From Macrostomum lignano (taxonomy: Eukaryota), in contig NIVC01000280.1 of assembly GCA_002269645.1 (NCBI GenBank), positions 658,768 through 722,767 of the forward strand: DNA of 64,000 nt, read 5' to 3'. Numbering within the stretch: the first letter of the stretch is position 1; the number at the start of each line of letters is the position of its first letter. The notes under the pieces were generated by a model. That model was not told the DNA's origin and searched no databases. It saw only the letters and a list, made by a program, of their open reading frames with translations. A program made the translations under genes and the position numbers. This document shows, one piece after another, positions 54,757-64,000 of the stretch.

Positions 54757-56255
54757 CCGGTCCTTCACTGGTCACCCCCACTACCCCCCTACCCCCGGTC
54801 CTTCACTGGTCACTCCCACTACCCCCTACCCCGGTCCTTCACTGGTCACCCCCACTACCCCCCTACCCGGTCCTTCACTGGTCACCCCACCACCCCCTAC
54901 CCCCGGTCCTTCACTGGTCACTCCCACTACCCCCTACCCCCGGTCCTTCACTGGTCACCCCCACCACCCCTACCCCCGGTCCTTCACTGGTCACTCCCAC
55001 TACCACCCTACCCCGGTCCTTCACTGGTCACCCCCACCACCCCCTACCCCCGGTCCTTCACTGGTCACCCCCACTACCCCCTACCCGGTTCTTCACTGGT
55101 CACCCCCACTACCCCCCTACCCCGGTCCTTCACTGGTCACCCCCACTACCCCCCTACCCCCGGTCCTTCACTGGTCACCCCCACTACCCCCTACCCCCGG
55201 TCCTTCACTGGTCACCCCACCACCCCCTACCCCCGGTCCTTCACTGGTCACTCCCACCACCCCCTACCCCGGTCCTTCACTGGTCACTCCCACTACCCCC
55301 CCCCCCCGTTCCTTCACTGGTCACCCCCACTACCCCCCTACCCCGGTGATTCACTGGTCACCCCCACTATCCCCTACCCGGTCCTTCACTGGTCACCCCC
55401 ACTAACCCCCCTACCCGGTCCTTCACTGGTCACCCCCACTAACCCCCCTACCCCCAGTCCTTCACTGGTCACCCCCACTATCCCCCTACCCGGTCCTTCA
55501 CTGGTCACCCCCACTAACCCCCTACCCCAGTCCTTCACTGGTCACCCCCACTATCCCCCTACCCGGTCCTTTACTGGTCACCCCCACTAACCCCCTACCC
55601 CCGGTCCTTCACTGGTCACCCCCACCACCCCTACCCCCGGTCCTTCACTGGTCACTCCCACTACCACCCTACCCCGGTCCTTCACTGGTCACCCCCACCA
55701 CCCCCTACCCCCGGTCCTTCACTGGTCACCCCCACTACCCCCTACCCGGTCCTTCACTGGTCACCCCCACTACCCCCCTACCCGGTCCTTCACTGGTCAC
55801 CCCACTACCCCCTACCCGGTCCTTCACTGGTCACCCCCACTACCCCCCTACCCCCGGTGATTCACTGGTCACCCCCACTACCCCCCTACCCCGGTGATTC
55901 ACTGGTCACCCCACTACCCCCCTACCCCCGGTGATTCACTGGTCACCCCCACTACCCCCCTACCCCGGTGATTCACTGGTCACCCACACTATCCCCTACC
56001 CGGTCCTTCACTGGTCACCCCCACTAACCCCCTACCCGGTCCTTCACTGGTCACCCCACTAACCCCCCTACCCCGGTCCTTCACTGGTCACCCCACTAAC
56101 CCCCTACCCCCAGTCCTTCACTGGTCACCCCCACCGCTCTCCCTCACCCCGGTGATTCACTGGTCACCCCCACCGCTCTCCCCAATGCCCCGGTGATTCA
56201 CTGGTCACCCCACCGCTCTCCCCCTGTCCCTGGTGATTCACTGGTCACATGTCAC
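54757..56255. repeat. About 33-36-bp C-rich minisatellite
   Basis: Unit ccccggtccttcactggtcacccccactacccccta with variable C-run lengths. Confidence 0.97.
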
Positions 56256-56814
56256 CCCACCGCTCCCCCCTTCAGCAGTAGGTCTCTCAGTGGGCAAAGT
56301 GGGTAAATAAAAGCGAGTCGAAAATCCGATTGCTGTAGTCAGTTAGCAGTTAAAATCGGTCATGCAAATCATCAGCTCAGATTAATATTTGAGGCCAGCC
56401 GGCAACAAGGAAAGTTTTCAAATTCAAATTCTGCACAGCATATATTTCGCCAATAAGTGCAACTAAAAGCAACAACCGAAAAAACGACAAAAAAGCACGG
56501 CATGATATTACAGATATTGCTACTAACTAAGTAGAGCAACGCGCATTTAATGGTTGGAATTCTTTCTTTTCACAGCTTTAAAACTCTCTGGAATGTTGAG
56601 TTCTTGGCAAAGTTATAATTACTGTTTGAAACAAATTCAATTTAATTTCAAACAACGTTAATTACAGAAAGAGCATTAAGAGATTTACCTTAAGAGATTA
56701 AGAGATTAGTTGTTGAGGACATAAGCAAGACTGACTGACAAGTGTGCAACTTCTGATGTACCATTTTTTCTATGGAGTCTGTAAACACAGCCTTATAGCA
56801 ACTGAAATCAGAAA

Positions 56815-57710
56815 CCAGTTGGGGATCTCACAGCAACTGAAATCCCATGGCAGTTGGGGATCTCACAGCAAATGAAATCCCATCTCAGTTGGGGATCTCA
56901 AGGCAACTGAAACCCCCATCTCGATTGGGGATCTCACAGCAACTGAAATCCCATGGCAGTTGGGGATCTCACAGCAACTGAAATCCCATGGCAGTTGGGG
57001 ATCTCACAGCAACTGAAATCCCATGGCAGTTGGGGATCTCAAGGCAACTGAAATCCCCATCTCGATTGGGGATCCCACAGAAACTGAAATCCCATGGCAG
57101 TTGGGGATCTCAAGGCAACTGAAACCCCCCATCTCGATTGGGGATCTCACAGCAACTGAAATCCCATGGCAGTTGGGGATCTCACAGCAACTGAAATCCC
57201 ATGGCAGTTGGGGATCTCACAGCAACTGAAATCCCATGGCAGTTGGGGATCTCAAGGCAACTGAAATCCCCCATCTCGATTGGGGATCCCACAGAAACTG
57301 AAATCCCATGGCAGTTGGGGATCTCAAGGCAACTGAAATCCCCCATCTCGATTGGGGATCTCACAGCAACTGAAATCCCCCATCTCAATTGGGGATCTCA
57401 CAGCAACTGAAATCCCCCATCTCAATTGGGGATCTACAGCAACTGAAATCCCCCATCTCAATTGGGGATCTCACAGCAACTGAAATCCCCCATCTCAATT
57501 GGGGATCTCACAGCAACTGAAATCCCCCATCTCAATTGGGGATCTCACAGCAACTGAAATCCCCCATCTCAGTTGGGATCTCACAGCAACTGAAATCCCC
57601 CATCTCAGTAGGGGATCCCACAGCAACTGAAATCCCCCATCTCAGTTGCGGATCTCACAGCAACTGAAATCCCCCATCTCAGTTGCGGATCTCACAGCAA
57701 CTGAAATCCA
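56815..57710. repeat. About 35-bp quasi-palindromic minisatellite just 3' of the PQLC1 stop codon
   Basis: Units ggggatctcacagcaactgaaatcccatggcagtt and ...aaatcccccatctcaattggggatctc. Confidence 0.96.
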
Positions 57711-57758
57711 TAACAAGAAGCTAAATGAAGCCCAGTGTGACTAGATCAGACAGTGCCT

Positions 57759-59304
<1,546 letters not shown>

Positions 59305-60425
59305 GATAGCTTAATGTTTGCTTGTTAACTTCTAGTTCTGCAAGTATTTTCAAAGGTTAGTTATTATTATTTTAAACCATTTTCAGGGTGAAGGTATGAA
59401 TTTAAAATCAAATCATTATGGCTAACTAAAAAAATAAATAACTAGAGCTGAGTTGCAACTGGAGCCAACTAAATTAGTATTTTTGTTAAAACTAAGTCAA
59501 ATAGCCAGCATAAATTTGGGAGACTGCAAATGTATAATATTGGTGTCTGCCAAGCCTATAGCATCATTGGAATTGAGTTAAGTCAAACTGAGACAAGTTG
59601 AATTGAATTAAAAAGCATTATTAGCATAGTACCTTTAGTCTTTTTAAATACAATTTTTATTAGACTTTTATGGCCAAATCCTTTAGGACCTGATTGCCAT
59701 GTTATTTAAATGTCTATAGAGCTATTTATGCTTGTCAATCATTTATGCCATTTCTATATATTTCTAAGTAGTTGAATCTAGATAAAAATATAAGAAAATA
59801 GAACCATTTCTATATGCTACATTAGAAATTAGATTATATATTTTATCCCTTATCTTGTAGATTTAAAGAATGCTCTTGAAGGCCAATCCCAAGGCACAAT
59901 GGAGTGTGTATATATATAAGACTATATTGCAGAACTATTCATTAAATTATTTTCTTGTTGTTAATATGATTATTTATCTACAGAATTCAAAAGCTTATTA
60001 AGCAAATATCATAAAGCATAAACAAAGAAAGCAAAGCAACTTTATTTTCTAACTTTTAATCTAAGCAATAGAGCAAAATAGTCATGGCTTTTATAGAGTT
60101 AGTAATTCAAGGGTTTATAGGTAATTTATAGGCAACCAAAAAACTATTTTTGCAATCATTGAGTAGATGCACTAAATGATTTATTAAAATGATTTTAAAA
60201 TGATTTATTTAGCTATCAACTACACTTTAAAATAAAACTAAATGGCAATACTAGGCCCCTATACTAAATAATTTTCTAGTCTATAATAAATAAGTCTCTT
60301 AAATGACATAGTCTTGACCATAGTCTATAGCCAATTGCCTGGTATATAGTATATGGTAGTCTATAGTATATAGTTATATAGTAAGTTTTTGTACTTTAAA
60401 GCAATAGTAGGCCTATACTATCTTA

Positions 60426-61165
60426 TACAAAGGGTGCTAGCTGGGATAGTGATCATTTGGGCATGCTACTTTCTACAATGGCATCTAAATTGCCTAAAGG
60501 AGCAGGTAGTTTAAAGAAAAACTATCAATGGTCTAGATGAGTGTTGATTTTTTTCTCTAGCACTTATTAGCTGAGTTATGGCCTATCACGTGGTGATATC
60601 TATGGCCATAAATTGCAATTTCACTAGTTGCGGGTGACATATCACCAGGTATATCACCCTGCAACTACAGAGTATTTGGTGCATTTAAGCAGCTCATGCA
60701 GGGTTGAGTGCTTGGCAGCGACCATGTGCAAGTGGAAGCTAAGGTGATGCATCTGATTTGCTCGCAGGAATTCTGCTCCATGTATTGGCAGGCTATCAAC
60801 AAGCTCTCGAAGAAGTGGGCAAAGGTGATCGCTGAGAGGAAGATTGCGATGATTGTGATGACATTTGATTCTTTTGCTTAAGATTTTTCAAGAACGATTG
60901 TGTCCCTGTTTGACCCCTGACCCTCCAATCCTAGTGGCTTTAGACTTTTATCTTTTAGCAGCTGGTGAAAATTGCAATTTATGTCTGTAGATATAACCAC
61001 GTGATGGGCTATAACTCAGCTAATAAAAGTGCTAGAGAAAAAAAATCAACACTCATCTAGACCATTAATAGTTTTTCTTCAAACTACCTACTCATTTAGG
61101 CAATTTAGATGCTATTGTAGAAAGTAGTGCCCAAATGATCACTATCCCAGCTAGCACCCTTTGTA
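60426..61165 (+). mobile_element. Non-autonomous Tc1/mariner deletion derivative with long imperfect TIRs
   Basis: About 205-bp inverted arms (60426-60630 and 60965-61165) ending TACAAAGGGTG / CACCCTTTGTA with flanking TA. The interior translates as SPGISPCNYRVFGAFKQLMQG*...AINKLSKKWAKVIAE, like the mariner YSPDLAPSD..F..LK...GI.KL..RW.KVI C terminus. Confidence 0.8.
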
Positions 61166-64000
61166 TATAGATTAATATCTTATGCATATATTGCATGGAA
61201 TAACAAAGTTATTTTATTCTTCTATTTTAATACTTTGATGATATTATAAGCCTATATATTCTTACATGATCATATATCTATATCATTTTATATGTATATA
61301 TATTATTTTATATGCCAATTTAGAAGAGTAAGCAAAATATACAATATTCAATAATGCCTCTTACTAAGTACATGACAATGTTGCCTAAAAGTGCACTAAG
61401 TCTAAGACCCAATATAGCCATTATAGCTATTATATTAAAATTATAACTGAATAATATTAATACATAATAGTATAATTAATACTAGGCATATAAGTATAAT
61501 AATCTACTAAGGCTAATATATAGGCCTAGTAATAAATAATAATGGCAATCTATTTTTAAAAGCCTAAATTTAATATAATGTTAGTCCTAATAATAAAAAA
61601 TAAAGAAACAATTTGTTTGTTTTTTTAAACAAAAGTTAAATAATAATAAATAGGCCTAGGGCCTAATGAATTTAAATAAATCAGGTTGGTTTATACTAGC
61701 TTAGGCATTGGCCATACAAGCTTTGCATAGGCCTACATTGGAATTAAGAAGATGGTCCAATTTTTTTCATAATATTTATTCAGCATTAGGGGCCTATATC
61801 AATATTGGGCACTGCATGCATTGCTAGTCCTACTGTGTTACTTAGCAGTTTCTATTATGTTAATATAGGCTATAGCAAACACACTTGTAAATTATTGCAA
61901 AAAAGCAAAGATCTAAATTAAGAATGACTAAAACTATTGTTGATTGCTGCTTTTCTTTTCTTTAGGACTACATCTTGAAAACAAAATAAATGTTTCTGAC
62001 CTTCTGTACTCAACTCAACGGCTATGTTCGTCTAGGCCCATGCATTGCTAGGCCCGGCCCTACCTACTAAATGTATCATCATGCAGTCGTCAGCAGCATC
62101 TATAATAGAACAGAACCACGCATGCACAATTACACAGAGTGTACTTGTACTGATAATGCGACCTAATGTAATGTAATTAAATGTATAGGTGGAACCTCCA
62201 CATGTAAAATGTAAGGAATACTTGAGTAGTCCTTGGTAAAATGCTTTATGGTGATGTTATGTAAGGTTGGTTCTTGGAAATTATGCTTCTTGTGATGCGA
62301 AGCCCTAGTTGTTGAGAAATATTTCGAAATTTTAATTTAATCGCTTCAATTTTAATTTCAATCGTGTTGAATTAGCAGCGAAGGTATAAATTTCAATTTG
62401 TTCAAAGCTGAATATTCAGACCAAAAATTTTTATTTTAGTGAAGTGAACACAGCCGATACGCTCGTATTTGCTTATTTGCGAGTTTATCGATTTTAATTT
62501 AAAAAAGATTCCTAGGCAGGGCATTCTCCATCCGTCGCCGTCACTCTTCCTCCGCGTCTCCCTGCAGTCACTTATGTGTCACGTCCGCTAACCAACCACA
62601 GGCGGTTAATTCAGCTTTAACTCAGGCGTCCAAGCCATTTTCAAAAGTCAGGTTGCTAACATGTTGAACGGACCATGGCAACAGGGCGCGATCAAATAGA
62701 TGATCGATCACGGGGCAGTTGAGTTGACTACATGTTTAAAAAGAGAGCTGTTTTGGCTTGTTCATAATCTGTTTATAGCTAGAGATGGCTATTGCAAATC
62801 AGATGGTCCATTCGATAATAATTACATGTATATATCTAAGATTCATGCAGACTTATTAAAATTTAAACGAAGTGCATTCTACTTTACTATTAGCAAAGAC
62901 ACGTGACATGACTATTAGTCGATAACAATGCTCAAACAAGCAATTTTCGCTTGTGATCATAAGACACATTGGAGGAAGACATTTGTAAGAGCTCGGAATT
63001 TTGATCAGGAGATGGGGCAGAGTGACAGCGAGACAGGAGAGTGATAATTAGGTGACGAAAGATGATCGACAGAGAGACGTTGTCAGATTGACAGGGAGAC
63101 GGAGGCGAGTGACAGGGAGACAGGTGAAAAGTAACAGGGAGACGGATGAAATTGATGGGTTTCGACCTTCGGGCTCCTTGTTAGGGAAGCCTTCGGGCCT
63201 CAGGCTCAGAAATAAATCAATTAGAGACCTGGCCCCCCACTCCTGTCAGATGGTCAGCCCCATGGTAGCTTGATCGTGTGGCGAGCAGTCTAGGTCCTAT
63301 AGCTAAGAGAGGGACTAAGCGAGAGACGAGCAGGGAGAATTTCGAAGGTAGAAATTAGCTAATCCGCAGATCAACTAACTTGCTGCCACCAGACTGTGCG
63401 CCCTGGCTCACCACACCGGGACTCTCGAAATCGGGCTTCCGACTAGAAGGGGCTTTGCACTTACCTGCCAACTAGTGTCTTTTTGCTGTCAATCTCGAAG
63501 TCATAGCCGATGATAAGGACACTGCTGGACTAGATCGCATTGGCCATGCAGGTACACAGAGGGGACTTGTGGCAGGGGATTCTTGCGGTGGCGAGTCTAT
63601 GGGTAGCTACATGTACTATTACATTGCTAAATACGAAGGTTTGTACTTTTGGCCTTCAACGCGCCAACTAGCCTCTCCTAGCGCTGATGATAGACTAACT
63701 CGAACTTCAGAGACCGCATGATTCATCACCCGAGCCGCTTGGCGAACCTAGAGTGCACAGAGTACACCTCTGGAGCCGATTCTGCACTCCTGCAGCTTTG
63801 CTCACTGATTTGATAGATTGATCGACTGAGAACTGCCTTGCCATTGGTCCACTGTGACCGGCGCCTACTAGCTTAGGCTACTCATCTGAGCCATCGGCGA
63901 ACAAAGAAATAAAACCGATAAAAATCTGTTAGATTTAACCTCCTTGATCACTTCACACTTCAGATTGAATTGGAGTTTTAGACTACTAGCAGTATTATTG

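Noticed and set aside
63470-63580. Penelope GIY-YIG endonuclease remnant (YIGMTSR) or exons of another minus-strand gene
   Set aside because: The motif needs two frameshifts within 10 nt, and the alternative exon reading needs a 22-nt intron; neither is supportable.

Overview
Eukaryotic animal genomic DNA, not prokaryotic: no CRISPR, operons or rRNA. GC-rich spliced exons, poly-Q/poly-A tracts and introns filled with minisatellites suggest an invertebrate such as the flatworm Macrostomum (inference only). I hand-spliced nine gene models using GT-AG junctions and phase checks: two tandem SLC16/MCT transporters (-), SYAP1 (+), TMEM120 (-), an intronless PAN + C-type lectin (-), EFHC1 (-), a divergent atypical E2F7/8 (+), a PTP-domain protein with a predicted N-terminal lipid anchor and degenerate catalytic loops (-), and an SLC66A2/PQLC1 copy with frameshifts (-). 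There is also an orphan single-exon ORF at 47073-47603, about 29 unrelated tandem arrays, a 5'-truncated LINE with a 13-bp TSD, a hAT MITE with an 8-bp TSD, a mariner deletion derivative, a perfect 160-bp foldback and a tRNA-headed SINE-like element. The most interesting signals are: (1) the probable myristoylated/palmitoylated PTP pseudophosphatase; (2) an E2F7/8 whose two RRxYD DNA-contact motifs are both altered; (3) three perfect heat-shock elements plus a TATA-like box with no heat-shock gene behind them; (4) kilobase-scale CpG-free zones near gene 5' ends; (5) a 20-bp satellite with three-tier higher-order structure whose invariant core is a YY1/Pho motif; (6) a gene-conversion-like tract between the MCT paralogues.
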